A stretch of 64,000 nucleotides of DNA from an uncultured Planctomycetota bacterium (GCA_963841915.1 CAWJEN010000006.1:1664001-1728000); one strand, 5' to 3'; positions 29,240 through 39,626 are shown, counted from the stretch's first letter. Notes: generated from the letters alone by a model not told the origin. Numbers and translations: made by a program.

Positions 29240-30694
29240 GTGCCGATTGCTTTGCCCGTGCTGACGGACCCGAATGCTCCTGAAAAGAAGGAGAAATGCG
29301 GCGTGTTCGGCGTGTGGGGCACGCCCGACGCCGCAGCGCTGACGTACACGGCACTCTTTGCCCAACAGCACCGTGGCCAGGAGTCAGCAGGCATAGCCGT
29401 CACCGACGGCAACGACCTTACCGGTCATGCCGACATGGGGCTCGTCAGCCAGGTTTTCCAGCCTGAGGTGCTCGACAAGCTCAGCGGCACGTCGGCCGTC
29501 GGGCACGTCCGCTACTCGACCACCGGTTCAAGCCAATGGTGCAACGCCCAGCCGCTCCTGCAACGCTTCCACCTCGGCCCGGTGGCGGTCGCACACAACG
29601 GCAACCTCATCAACGCCGGCCTGATCCGTCGGGAATATGAGGAAGACGGCGCAATCTTCCAGACGGCAACGGACACCGAGGTCATCGTCCACATGCTCGC
29701 CCGCCCGCGGCACGCGGTTAAGCCGGATCCGCTAGGGCACGTGCTGAGCCATCTGCAGGGCGCGTTCAGCCTGATTTTCCTGTTCCCCGACCGCATCGAG
29801 GCCGCCCGCGATCCGTGGGGCATTCGCCCGCTGAGCCTCGGTAAAACGGCTGATGGGCAATGGGTCGTCGCCAGTGAGACGTGTGCTTTTGACGCCATCG
29901 GGGCGACTTTCGAGCGAGACCTGGAGCCGGGCGAGATTGTTCGAATCGACGACAACGGCGTAACGAGTCGTCGCTACGCGGAGGAGAATGTCGCCCGGGC
30001 ACGCTGTGCGTTCGAACTCGTCTACTTCGCCAACCCGGCAAGCGTGATGTGGGGCCGAAACGTGCACCAGGCGCGCGAGGCGATGGGACGACAACTGGCG
30101 AAGGAAGCACCGGCCGACGGTGCCGTGGCCGTCATGCCGATGCCCGACAGCGGTCGATCGGCAGCGCTCGGCTTTGCCAAGGAAAGCGGGCTGGAGTTCG
30201 AAGAAGCCATAGTGCCCAACCGCTTCGTCGGCCGCACGTTCATCCTGCCGAACCAAAAGCTGCGGGACCGCATGGTGTCGCTGAAGCTCAACATCATTGC
30301 TAGTCTGGTGAAAGACCGGGAGATCGTGGTGGTCGACGACAGCATCGTCCGCGGCACGACGACGCGATCGAAGATGCGGGCTTTGCGTCGTGCCGGCGCC
30401 AAGAAGATTCACCTGCGGATCAGCTGCCCGCCGATCCGCAATCCGTGCTTCTACGGGATCGACTTTGCCACCAAGAGCGAGCTCATCGCCGACGGGCGCA
30501 CGGTGGATGAAATACGCGATTTTCTGGAGATCGACTCACTGGCGTACCTCTCGCTCGACGGCATGCTCGAAGCTGCGGGCATGAGCCGGGAAACGGCCTG
30601 CTCGGCCTGCTGGACCGGCGAATACAAGGTGCCCGTCGACGAGACCTACGGCAAGTTCAACTTCGAACGGCGGCAGCTCCGCATGTTCCGCTGA
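29240..30694 (+). CDS. purF: Amidophosphoribosyltransferase (propeptide, Fe-S type)
   Basis: KCGVFG, QHRGQESAG, GHVRYST, HNGN, VDDSIVRGTT, PCFYGID, CSACWTG. Confidence 0.97.
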   Translation: MPIALPVLTDPNAPEKKEKCGVFGVWGTPDAAALTYTALFAQQHRGQESAGIAVTDGNDLTGHADMGLVSQVFQPEVLDKLSGTSAVGHVRYSTTGSSQWCNAQPLLQRFHLGPVAVAHNGNLINAGLIRREYEEDGAIFQTATDTEVIVHMLARPRHAVKPDPLGHVLSHLQGAFSLIFLFPDRIEAARDPWGIRPLSLGKTADGQWVVASETCAFDAIGATFERDLEPGEIVRIDDNGVTSRRYAEENVARARCAFELVYFANPASVMWGRNVHQAREAMGRQLAKEAPADGAVAVMPMPDSGRSAALGFAKESGLEFEEAIVPNRFVGRTFILPNQKLRDRMVSLKLNIIASLVKDREIVVVDDSIVRGTTTRSKMRALRRAGAKKIHLRISCPPIRNPCFYGIDFATKSELIADGRTVDEIRDFLEIDSLAYLSLDGMLEAAGMSRETACSACWTGEYKVPVDETYGKFNFERRQLRMFR

Positions 30695-30718
30695 GCAACG
30701 TGGCGTGTAAGGTCGGTG

Positions 30719-31642
30719 ATGCCTCAAGCCGCCGATCTTGTCGAAGCTGCCATCCGTGCCGTCGCAGAAGCCGCCAAGGTGTGCGAGCGGGTCCGCCGTG
30801 ACACGACAGGCGGCGAGTCGCACGCCAAGGACGACCGATCACCCGTGACGGCAGCAGACTTCGCCAGCCAGGTCATTGTCGCGCGGTCGCTTGCAGACAC
30901 GGGATTCGTCATTGTCGCAGAGGAAGAAGCGAGCGATTTCAAGCAGGCCGATGAAGCCATTCGTCGTCGCGTGTGCGACGTAACGGGTGAAACGGAGCAA
31001 AATGTGGCCGAGCTGCTCCGGGCCGGTGGCGGTGAGCCGGCCGGTACGTATTGGGTGCTCGACCCAATCGACGGCACAAAGGGCTTTCTCCGCGGCGGGC
31101 AATACGCCGTTGCCCTGGCACTCATCGAAGACGGCAAACCCACGCTCGGCGTGCTCGGGTGCCCCAAGTGGGACATCGGTCGCATCTTCGTCGGTGTACC
31201 GGGTGACGGCGCGTACAGCTGCACTGTCGCCCGACCTGACTATCGACAAAGCATCACAGCTGTCGGTCAAAATGAGGTGGTTCGCCTCGTCGAGAGCGTC
31301 GAGTCGGGGCACAGCAATCACGATGATTCGGCACGCATCGCCGACGCCATCGGCGTGACCGACGAGCCGCTTCGGATGGACAGTCAGGCCAAGTACGCAG
31401 CTGTCGCGTGTGGCGAGGCTGATCTCTACCTGCGTTTGCCCACCAAGGCGGGGTACGAGGAGAAGGTCTGGGATCACGCAGCAGGCCAGGCGGTGGTCGA
31501 AGCGGCCGGTGGTCGCGTGACGGATCTGGACGGCAAACCGCTTGATTTCACGCAAGGCCGCACGCTTTCTGCCAATCGAGGCATCGTCGCCTCCAACGGC
31601 AAAGCGTTGCACGACGAGGCCCTCAAGGCAGCTCGTCGCTAA
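30719..31642 (+). CDS. 3'(2'),5'-bisphosphate nucleotidase, HAL2-like
   Basis: KDDRSPVTAADF, WVLDPIDGTKGFLRGGQYAV, MDSQAKY, EKVWDHAAG. Confidence 0.9.
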   Translation: MPQAADLVEAAIRAVAEAAKVCERVRRDTTGGESHAKDDRSPVTAADFASQVIVARSLADTGFVIVAEEEASDFKQADEAIRRRVCDVTGETEQNVAELLRAGGGEPAGTYWVLDPIDGTKGFLRGGQYAVALALIEDGKPTLGVLGCPKWDIGRIFVGVPGDGAYSCTVARPDYRQSITAVGQNEVVRLVESVESGHSNHDDSARIADAIGVTDEPLRMDSQAKYAAVACGEADLYLRLPTKAGYEEKVWDHAAGQAVVEAAGGRVTDLDGKPLDFTQGRTLSANRGIVASNGKALHDEALKAARR

Positions 31643-33358
31643 GCCGTGTGGACGACCATCTCGTTGAGCACGCGGTGCAGGTCGCTGACGCAGACGCTGC
31701 CTTCGCCCACGGCGGAGGCGACACGCTTGACGCTGCCAGACCGTATGTCGCCAACGGCAAAGACGCCTGGAAAGCTCGTCTCCAGCGGGTTGGGCATGCG
31801 GTCCAAGGGCCAAGGCTGGCAGCCCGTGTCGTCGTCGCCCTGCGTGACGCTCGTACCTGTCTCGACGAAGCCTCGGTTGTCGAGGCGGAGCGTGCCTCTG
31901 AGCCAGTCGCTGTTGGGCCTGGCACCAATCATAAGAAAGACGTGCCGAATCGGGTGCTGCTTCGGCTCCTTGCCATCGGTTCGGCACGTGACCGTGCTCA
32001 GCCATTCGTCGCCGTCGAGGCCGACGATCTCGCTGTGGGTGCGAAGCTCGATCTTGTCGCTGGCCTCAATCCGCTGGATGAGGTAGTCACTCATGGACTC
32101 GGCCAGCCCGTCGCCGCGGACGAGCATGTGCACTTTCTTGGCCCGCTGGGACAGATACACTGCCGCCTGTCCGGCGCTGTTGCCACCACCGACGACGGCG
32201 ATCTCCTCATTTTTGCAAAGATCCGCTTCGACGCTGGTGGCGGCGTAGTGGATACCGCTGCCTTCGAACTGGTTGAAGTTGTCGAGGTCGAGTTTTCTCC
32301 ACGTGGCACCGCAGGCGATGATGACGCCGCGTGTGCGGCACGGGTGCGCCGTTGTCCAGGTGAATCTTGTACCCGCCGAAGCCGGCGTCGCACGGCTCGA
32401 GGTGCTTGACGAGCCTGGGCACGACAAGCGTCGCCCCGAACTTCTGCGCCTGGTGCTCCGCCCGCGCTGCCAGCTCCCAACCGCTCACACCGGTTGGAAA
32501 TCCCAGATAATTCTCAATTCTGCTGCTCGTGCCCGCCTGACCGCCGGGCGCTTCGCTTTCGATGACAAGCGTCTTGAGCCCCTCGCTGGCGGCGTAAACT
32601 GCACCGGCCAAACCGGCAGGGCCTGCGCCAATGACCGTCACGTCATACTGCAGGTCCGTCTCCGGCTCTTCGGTCAGTCCCAAACACCCGGCAAGCGACG
32701 CGAGGTCCGGCTTCTTGAGTATGTGCTCATCGCTGCAAACGACCAGCGGCACGTCGTCTTCCGTTCCGCCCCACTGCTTCAGCGTCTGGCGGGCAGCGTC
32801 TTCAGTTTCAGGATCGTCGAGGTGTAACGGCTTGATCGGGTAGCCGTTTCGGCGAAGAAACCGCTCGATTTTCAGCGTTTCCGAGGAGTTCCGTCGCCCG
32901 ACCATGACGACGCCGCCTTGCTCGTTGTCGATGAGGCCGAGCCTGCGGAGGATGAACGCTCGCATGACGATCTGCCCGATATCGGGCTCGCTCGACAGCA
33001 AGCGGGCGAATCGATGCCGCGGGACGCGTAGCACGCGACCCTGCTTGGCGTCGTTCTTGAGGCGGCCGTGGACGAGGATCTTGCGTCCGCTGAAAAGGTC
33101 CAGCTCACCTGTGAAGCCGTGCTTTTCGTGCACGTGAATGGCCTGCGGGTTGCCATCGTCATCGCAAACGCCGTCGTCGTAGATTTCGACGCGACCGTCG
33201 AGAACGATGAAGAAGTCGACGCTCCTTTGCCCGCGTTCGAACAGGAGCGTGCCGTCGTCGAGCGACTCGATGTCGCCGAAGGCTGTTGCCCGCTCGACCT
33301 GATCATCGGAGAGGCGAGGGAACGCCGACCGGTCGTCGCGCGTGGCAGCAGTTGGCAT
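31639..33358 (-). pseudogene. cNMP-binding thioredoxin-disulfide reductase-like protein split by a frameshift near 32338
   Basis: 5' frame: cNMP domain, IGAGPAGL, GGQAGTSSRIENYLGFP; 3' frame: VVGGGNSAGQAA, GVFAVGDIR..KRVASAVGEG; removing 1 nt gives 572 aa. Confidence 0.85.
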
Positions 33359-33434
33359 ACCCAATCCTATTCGACGCTTTGTCTGTCGCGCCGCGGCGGC
33401 CAAGTGGGGTGGCGGTTTGATGGCGGGGGCAGAA

Positions 33435-33450
33435 TGTTCCACGTGGAACA
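33435..33450. other. parS: parS centromere site (perfect palindrome TGTTCCACGTGGAACA)
   Basis: Matches the ParB-binding consensus TGTTNCACGTGNAACA; extends to 20 bp AATGTTCCACGTGGAACATT. Confidence 0.9.
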
Positions 33451-33507
33451 TTGGCCGACCCTGCTGGCGCGTCGGCAGCAGGGTTTCGAGTCCTCGCAAG
33501 CACGCGA

Positions 33508-33523
33508 TGTTCCACGTAGAACA
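33508..33523. other. parS: parS site, one mismatch (TGTTCCACGTAGAACA)
   Basis: 73 bp from the first site. Confidence 0.8.
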
Positions 33524-33634
33524 CTCGGCCGCGACGCAAAACTACATCGGCGGGTCGTCGCCAGCCGGATGCTGTGCAGGCTCAGCCGTCGCCAAAGTGC
33601 GGACGCCAGACGGCATGCAGCGGGCACCCTCAGA

Positions 33635-33667
33635 CGCGGCGGCGCAAAACCGCGTTGCGCCGCCGCG
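33635..33667. terminator. 13-bp perfect hairpin downstream of the phosphoesterase gene
   Basis: CGCGGCGGCGCAA-aaccgcg-TTGCGCCGCCGCG. Confidence 0.65.
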
Positions 33668-33674
33668 GCCGCCT

Positions 33675-34694
33675 TTAATCAATGGCGAATCGTGTGGCAA
33701 AGTCGATCGGGATCACGAACTGACTCGCCGTCGGCCCCTCGCCGTCTGTCAAAAAAGTGTCGCGGAAGGGTGAGTACGTCTCGACCTTCACCTCACCGGC
33801 TGCAACGTCGAAGGTCATGATCCGCAAGAACCCCTCGCCACCCGTCGGGCTGTCGTTGGGTCGCCAATCCTGGAACGTGGTCATGAGGCGGTGGACCGCC
33901 AGCCCGTTGTCGGTCGTCGACGTGTGTCGCCACTCGCCGTCGCCGTTGACCTTGTTGGGCCCGAAGTGGTTGTGCCCGCTCAGCACGAGAAAGACCTGGT
34001 CGTTCGTGCGGAGCAGGTCATCGAAGAGCAGCACGCCTGGCGCCGTCACGCCGCCGTCTCGGCCGTGCTTGTCGTTGTCGCGAAGGTCTTCGTGCGTCGT
34101 GATGATGGTCGGCAGACCCGGGTGCGCGTCAATCACCGTCTGCGCCCACTCGAGGATGCCCAAATCAGGGTCAGTGTCGAAGTCGTGCCGCCATTCGAGC
34201 GCCAGGTGCAGGAACGTCAGCCCGCCACCGTCGAAGGTCTGCCACGAGTTACCGTGTCGCCCCGGCATCGACCCGCCGTACCAGTCGCGACCCTCAAACC
34301 GCTCGGGCCCGAAGACGGCAAGGTAGCTGTCGAGGTTCGTCGAGCGTCTGCCAGTCCTTGCCCAATCGTGATTGCCCGGCAGGATTCCGTACGGCACGTT
34401 TGCGTCGTCGAGCAGCTTCATGCACCGATCGGCATGACGCCACTGCTTGTCGTCGCCGCCCCCGTCGACCACATCGCCGACGTGCGAGACGAACCTGATG
34501 TCGAGGTCGGCAGCGTGGTCAACGATCCATTTCGTCTGAGCCTCGAAAACGTGCGGAAAGCCCCAGCTGTAGACCTGTGTATCGGGCAGCACGATCACGC
34601 GGAACGGCCCACGGTCCGGACGCGTCGTCTGCCCGAGCGCGCAGGACGTCGTGGACAGAATCAGGACAATGAAGCAGATCGCGATTCGGTTCAT
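33675..34694 (-). CDS. Secreted calcineurin-like metallophosphoesterase
   Basis: Signal peptide; LPDTQ, HVGDVV, PGNHD, TTH, SGHNH. Confidence 0.88.
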   Translation of the reverse strand: MNRIAICFIVLILSTTSCALGQTTRPDRGPFRVIVLPDTQVYSWGFPHVFEAQTKWIVDHAADLDIRFVSHVGDVVDGGGDDKQWRHADRCMKLLDDANVPYGILPGNHDWARTGRRSTNLDSYLAVFGPERFEGRDWYGGSMPGRHGNSWQTFDGGGLTFLHLALEWRHDFDTDPDLGILEWAQTVIDAHPGLPTIITTHEDLRDNDKHGRDGGVTAPGVLLFDDLLRTNDQVFLVLSGHNHFGPNKVNGDGEWRHTSTTDNGLAVHRLMTTFQDWRPNDSPTGGEGFLRIMTFDVAAGEVKVETYSPFRDTFLTDGEGPTASQFVIPIDFATRFAID

Positions 34695-34819
34695 GACGTA
34701 TCCCTCGAGTTTCCAGACGTCTTCTCTCAGCAAAGCCACCACGTGGCTCTGCCCCTTTGAGAGCAACACGTTTCGCCAAAGATAAAAGCACCACTTGACA
34801 TGAGTGCCAGGCCTTGGGC

Positions 34820-36070
34820 TCACTCCTCGTAGATCGCCTGCACGGCGTCGGGCAGGACCTCCAGAACGCCTCGGCTGAACCAGTGGACGTGACCGCCAAG
34901 GTCGGCGTCGCGAATGTGGGCAATAACCTCCTTCAAGTCCTCCGCCGGCAGGTCCGGGCCGTCACCGACCAGGCGAATGCCCGGCAGCAGGCTGGCCAAG
35001 TCGCCGTCGCCCAGCTCGTTCATCGCCACGATCTGCTCGTCGATGCTCTTGATCGTCGCGGTCGCGTCCATGCGGTAGCACTGCGGCAGGAACTCGTCCC
35101 ACAAAGGCTGACCGTCTGCCGTCTCCCAGTGCGTCCACTTGGGCCAATCGCAAGCGTAGTTGTCGAGCGACCACGGGAACGGAGCCGGGCTGACGCTCAC
35201 GATCGTGTCGGGATGCTCTGCCTTGATCGCCTCTGCGTACCGCTTGGCGTACTCGCTGACCTTGTCGGCCCGCCATTGCACCCACGCCGGGTCCCGCTCG
35301 TCTTCGGGCGGCATCGCACCGTCGTGCTCGCTGGCGTAAAGCTGCTTCGTGTAGTCGTCGTAGCCCATCTCCACCGGCATCGCGATGCGGTCATCAAGCT
35401 GCACGCCGTCGATGTCGGCATGGTCGAGCGCCTCGAGCGTGATGTCGATGAGCAACTGCTGCGGCCCCGGGTGCAGCGGGTTCATCCAGACGAACGGGTT
35501 CTGCTTGCCGACCTCCTCGCCGTCTTTGGTAAGGGTCAGCCAGCCCTTGTCACGGGCAACGTCACGCAGCTCGTTGTTCGTGTCCTTGTGAGCGGCCATG
35601 AAGCCGTACTCGAGCCAGGCGATGACGCGCAGGTCGTTGGCATGCGCCTCTTGGACCGTCTCCGTCAGCAGGTCCCGCTGCAACTCATCGGGCGTGTTGT
35701 TGATCTTCATCGAAACGCCGACGAGCTTCTCCATCGTCGGGCTCGGGTACTCGGTGTAGCCATTCTTCCAACACTCGACATAGACGGTGTTGAGGCCGAG
35801 CTCCTTGAGCTTCGCCATCGAAGCGGCCGTGTCTTTTGGCGAGGACAAGGCCGTGTTGGCCGTCGTCGTCATCCAGGTGCCGCGGACCTCTGCCTTTTCC
35901 TCTGGCATCGCGTCCTGCGCGGACGTGCACGCGGCCGAGCTGAGTACAAGTGCCAAAGCGAAGGCAGCTGTCGACCACTGAACGACCGATCGGGCTCCCG
36001 GTCCGATCCTTGCTCGAGGGTCTACAGCTACCTTGCTTTGGCAGGATCGTGGCGATTCAACTGGGGTCAT
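34820..36070 (-). CDS. Glycoside hydrolase-like family 10 (DUF187/GHL10), putative lipoprotein
   Basis: EVRGTW, GLNTVYVECWKNG, AWLEYG, WMNPLHP, DGVQLDD, PQCY; LSSAAC lipobox; ATGA overlap with the upstream paralogue. Confidence 0.85.
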   Translation of the reverse strand: MTPVESPRSCQSKVAVDPRARIGPGARSVVQWSTAAFALALVLSSAACTSAQDAMPEEKAEVRGTWMTTTANTALSSPKDTAASMAKLKELGLNTVYVECWKNGYTEYPSPTMEKLVGVSMKINNTPDELQRDLLTETVQEAHANDLRVIAWLEYGFMAAHKDTNNELRDVARDKGWLTLTKDGEEVGKQNPFVWMNPLHPGPQQLLIDITLEALDHADIDGVQLDDRIAMPVEMGYDDYTKQLYASEHDGAMPPEDERDPAWVQWRADKVSEYAKRYAEAIKAEHPDTIVSVSPAPFPWSLDNYACDWPKWTHWETADGQPLWDEFLPQCYRMDATATIKSIDEQIVAMNELGDGDLASLLPGIRLVGDGPDLPAEDLKEVIAHIRDADLGGHVHWFSRGVLEVLPDAVQAIYEE

Positions 36071-37506
36071 GCTTGTTTTCTTCGGAGAAGCAGAAGGCCG
36101 ATCGCGCCGACGATGCTCGTCGTCGCGGGTTCGGGGATAATCGTCAGCAGCCACGCATCCATCGCGACAGCCGCCGGGTCGGCGTTGCCGAAGGTCGCGC
36201 GGAGCAGGGCGAAATCGAGAATGTTGACAACGCCGTTGGTGTCGAAGTCTCCGTCTCGCCAGACGACGCCACTGTCGCGGCCGAAGTTGGCTCGAAGGGC
36301 GGCGAAGTCGAGAATGCTGACCACGCCGTCGCGGTTGGCGTCGCCGAGCAGCCCTGCGTTAATCAGCGGGTGGGCCGCATCACCGCCGTTGGCGGCGTAG
36401 TAGTTTTTGACAAGACTCAGATAGCCGTCGGCATTGGTCAGGCCGTTGCTGTACCAGAAGCTGTGGCCGTAGGCGTCATCGGCATCGAGCCGCTGGAGCA
36501 TCTGGCGGATATCGTTCCAAGGCGTCGACGCGCCGGTTCCGAGAATGCGGAGGCCGGCCCCGAGTCGATCAAGTTCGTCACCGGACGTGTTCCGCTGGCG
36601 CTGCCACTCGAAGGCAAAGCTGTTGAAGTTGTCGCGGTACACCTGCGGCATGTACTCGTCGAACAGCTCCAGATCCGCCCATGCTTCCCAGTCAGCGGCG
36701 TAGTTGTTCAGGCTGAACGGGTAGACCGAAGGCGAGGCCGAGACGATGGCATCGGGCTCGGCGGCGCGGATCGCGCTCGTCAGTTCGACGGCAAACTCCG
36801 TGACCTTGTCGGCCCGCCATTGCACGAATTGCGAATCACGCGGGTTGCTCGGCAGGTTGCGGCCGGTCTCAGCCAGGTACGCGGCGCGGGTGGTGTCGTC
36901 GTAGCCGAACTCGACCGGCCAGGCGAGCCGGTCGTCGAACTGCACGCCGTCAAGGCCATACTGCCGAACGGCGTCGACGGAGATGCCGACGAGAAATTCG
37001 CGGACCTCCGGAATCAGCGGGTTCATCCACGCGAAGCTGTTGGACGAGTTGATCGTCGCGCCGTTCTGGTCGGTCAGGAGCCAGTCGTTGTCACGGGCGT
37101 AGTTGCCGAACGGGGTGTTGGCGGCGGCAAAGCCGGCCGACAGGCCGTATTCCATCCACGCGACGTGGACCAGGCCTTGACTGCGAGCGCCGAGACTGGT
37201 CTCTGCCAGCAGGTCCCGTCCGCCCAAAAGTGGGTTGAGACTCGCGTTTTCGAAGCCCAGCAGGGCATCGAGAGTGGGCGATCGGAAGTTGGTGTAGCCG
37301 TTCTTCCAGGCCTCGACGTAGACGGTGTTGAGACCCGCGTCGGCGAGGCGGCCGAGCGTTGTATTGACGTTTCCGGCGGCAAGGTCGGTGCTGGCGGTGG
37401 TGGTGAGCCAGGTGGCGCGAACCTCGGGACTCGCGAGCTGCCCGGAAGCACCTGCGGTACCCAGGAGCAGGCAGGCGGCGGTGAGGGAGAGGCGAGGCAG
37501 CAACAT
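36067..37506 (-). CDS. GHL10 glycoside hydrolase + dockerin-like repeats + PEP-CTERM anchor
   Basis: EVRATW, DGVQFDD, PQVY; GDANRDGVVSILDF x2; IPEPATT..LLLRRK. Confidence 0.88.
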   Translation of the reverse strand: MLLPRLSLTAACLLLGTAGASGQLASPEVRATWLTTTASTDLAAGNVNTTLGRLADAGLNTVYVEAWKNGYTNFRSPTLDALLGFENASLNPLLGGRDLLAETSLGARSQGLVHVAWMEYGLSAGFAAANTPFGNYARDNDWLLTDQNGATINSSNSFAWMNPLIPEVREFLVGISVDAVRQYGLDGVQFDDRLAWPVEFGYDDTTRAAYLAETGRNLPSNPRDSQFVQWRADKVTEFAVELTSAIRAAEPDAIVSASPSVYPFSLNNYAADWEAWADLELFDEYMPQVYRDNFNSFAFEWQRQRNTSGDELDRLGAGLRILGTGASTPWNDIRQMLQRLDADDAYGHSFWYSNGLTNADGYLSLVKNYYAANGGDAAHPLINAGLLGDANRDGVVSILDFAALRANFGRDSGVVWRDGDFDTNGVVNILDFALLRATFGNADPAAVAMDAWLLTIIPEPATTSIVGAIGLLLLRRKQA

Positions 37507-37563
37507 GTTTGTGAAAAGGTGCGCGGACGAACTACTGTCAATGGCAGAGACGGACGGCTCGTC

Positions 37564-37577
37564 ATCTTATATAACCA
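37564..37577 (+). promoter_or_regulatory. Candidate operator ATCTTATATAACCA
   Basis: AT-rich palindromic core shared with the sites at 38590 and 46247. Confidence 0.6.
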
Positions 37578-37579
37578 TC

Positions 37580-38572
37580 ATGGCTACAAGTTACAACGTC
37601 GCTCTCGTCGGTGCAGGCGGAATTGCTGCTGCCCACCGTCACGCCGCCACCGCCAGCGAGCGTCGGGTGCAGGTCGTGGCCGCAGTCGACACGAACCCGG
37701 ACGCCCCTGCCGCGGTCGATTTGCCGCGGTATGACACGCTGGAGGCACTTCTTGCGTCGGAGCACAAGCCTGACGGGCTGATCCTGTGCACGCCACCGTC
37801 CGTTCGCGGCGACGTCATCGGGCCCGCCCTGGAGGCCGGGCTTGCGGTGTTGAGCGAGAAACCGATCGCCCGCACGTACGGCGAGGCGAAGCAATTGCTG
37901 GCGTTGGTCGAGCGGCATGACGCCGCCGAGCGGGTATTCGTAGGGTATTGCCACCGCTTCACACCGGCCGTCGTCGAGATGCGTCGTTGGCTGAGCGAGG
38001 GCAAGATCGGCACGCCGATCCGCTTCGAGAACACCTTTGCCTGCTGGCACCCGACGATGGGCCAGCGGTGGATGAGCGACATCGACATCAGTGGCGGCGG
38101 TAGCTGGCTCGACACGGGTTGCCACTCGCTGGACCTGTTCCGCTTTGCGACCAACGAGAAGCCCGGCGGGGGCGACGTCAAAGGCGCGGTCTTCTACCAC
38201 GAATGGCCCGGCCGCGGTGATAGTGACGGAACGGTCCTGCTCCAAGGCTCGAGTGGCATGGCGGCCGTCATCCAGAGCGGTTGGCAGGAGCCCGAGCGCT
38301 TCATCGTGCGGCTTGTCGGCACCAAGGGCATGCTCAGCTACGACTATCTCGTGCCCGAAGTCCTCTATTGGCAGCCCAGCGACGTGAGCTTCGATGTGCC
38401 TGTGCAGCATGCCATCGAGTCGAACGACGTCCGTTTCACGCGGCAACTCGAGGCGTTCGCCCGTCGGGCACGCGGAGCAAGCGAGGCCGGCGACGAGCGA
38501 CTCTGCACGGTCGCCGAGGCCGTCGAGGTGGCTCGACTGGTCGACGAGGCGACAAAGTTGGCAGGTGCTTGA
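37580..38572 (+). CDS. Gfo/Idh/MocA-family oxidoreductase
   Basis: VGAGGIA, LSEKPIA, GGGSWLDTGCHSLD. Confidence 0.9.
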   Translation: MATSYNVALVGAGGIAAAHRHAATASERRVQVVAAVDTNPDAPAAVDLPRYDTLEALLASEHKPDGLILCTPPSVRGDVIGPALEAGLAVLSEKPIARTYGEAKQLLALVERHDAAERVFVGYCHRFTPAVVEMRRWLSEGKIGTPIRFENTFACWHPTMGQRWMSDIDISGGGSWLDTGCHSLDLFRFATNEKPGGGDVKGAVFYHEWPGRGDSDGTVLLQGSSGMAAVIQSGWQEPERFIVRLVGTKGMLSYDYLVPEVLYWQPSDVSFDVPVQHAIESNDVRFTRQLEAFARRARGASEAGDERLCTVAEAVEVARLVDEATKLAGA

Positions 38573-38589
38573 ATTGGCGTCGAGGGCGA

Positions 38590-38602
38590 ATCTTCTATAA
38601 CA
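38590..38602 (+). promoter_or_regulatory. Candidate operator ATCTTCTATAACA
   Basis: One mismatch to the 37564 core; sits in a short intergenic gap. Confidence 0.55.
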
Positions 38603-38612
38603 TTGACGGGGC

Positions 38613-39626
38613 GTGGCCGACATCTCTTCATCACCGCTGGGCGTTGGCGTGATCGGCCTGGGGTTCATGGGCCAGACGCACGTCAGGGCCTACGCCAAGG
38701 CGGCCGCGGACGGGCACTCGTGCCGGCTTGTCGCCGTCGCCGACGGCAATGCAGATCGCCGGGCGGGCAAGCCCGGCTCCACCGGCAACTCCGACGCGAC
38801 CTCCGACGGCCCGTTGTTCGACCCCAGCGAGGTCAACGGCTACGCCGACGTGGCTGACCTTCTCGATGACGACGCCGTCGAGGTCGTCAGTATCTGCACG
38901 CCGACCGACACGCACGTGGCATTGGCCGAACAGGCGCTGCGGGCGGGAAAGCATGTGCTCGTCGAGAAGCCGGTGGCAGTGGCGACCGAACGGATCGAGC
39001 AGTTGGCGGAAATCGCCGATGAGACCGGCCGGACGTGCATGCCGGCGATGTGCATGCGGTTCTGGCCCGGCTGGACCCAACTGTTTGGTGACGCGTACGG
39101 CAAGCTGCAATCGCTGTCGATCACCCGCATCAGCGGTCGGCCCACGTGGAGCGACTTCTACGCCGACACCACGCGGAGTGGCGGGGCGTTGCTCGACCTG
39201 CACGTCCACGACACCGACTTTCTTTGCGCCCTGCTCGGCACACCGGCAGCGGTCACGAGCGTCGGCAGCCTGGACGCGCTCACGACGCTGTATCACTACG
39301 ACGAAGGTCCCGCCCGCGTGACGGCAGAGGGCGGCTGGCACCACGAGGGCACTAGCTTTCGCATGCGATTTCTGGCCGTCTTCGACGACGCGACGCTCGA
39401 TTTTGATGGCGACCGCGACACGCCTTTACTCGTGTGCCGCGACGGCAAGGCCGAGCCATTCGAGTTGCCCGACGCGAGCGGCTACGACGGCGAGATTCGG
39501 CACTTCATCGATAGCGTCGCCACCGGCCGCACGCCCTCACCGACTCTGGCCGACGCGGTCGCGACGCATCGCGTCCTCGACGCCGAACGACAGAGCGTTG
39601 GCAACCATTGCAGGGTTACGCTGTGA
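38613..39626 (+). CDS. Gfo/Idh/MocA-family oxidoreductase
   Basis: IGLGFMGQTH, HVLVEKPVA, GGALLDLHVHD. Confidence 0.9.
   Translation: MADISSSPLGVGVIGLGFMGQTHVRAYAKAAADGHSCRLVAVADGNADRRAGKPGSTGNSDATSDGPLFDPSEVNGYADVADLLDDDAVEVVSICTPTDTHVALAEQALRAGKHVLVEKPVAVATERIEQLAEIADETGRTCMPAMCMRFWPGWTQLFGDAYGKLQSLSITRISGRPTWSDFYADTTRSGGALLDLHVHDTDFLCALLGTPAAVTSVGSLDALTTLYHYDEGPARVTAEGGWHHEGTSFRMRFLAVFDDATLDFDGDRDTPLLVCRDGKAEPFELPDASGYDGEIRHFIDSVATGRTPSPTLADAVATHRVLDAERQSVGNHCRVTL

Noticed and set aside
33359..33499. N-terminal extension of the cNMP-TrxB ORF (MRGLET..MFHVEH)
   Set aside because: It is translation through the parS-containing intergenic region; the ATG at 33358 fits the domain start.
33524..33580. 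GACGCAAAACTACA...CAGCCGGATGC resembling part of a c-di-GMP-I riboswitch
   Set aside because: The 5' GGCAAAC/GAAA tetraloop stem is missing and there is no downstream plus-strand gene; an Rfam covariance search would settle it.
34715..34765. Stem-loop upstream of the phosphoesterase gene (GCAGAGCCAC-gtg-GTGGCTTTGC on the minus strand)
   Set aside because: No recognisable riboswitch consensus; a single hairpin is not enough to call an ncRNA.
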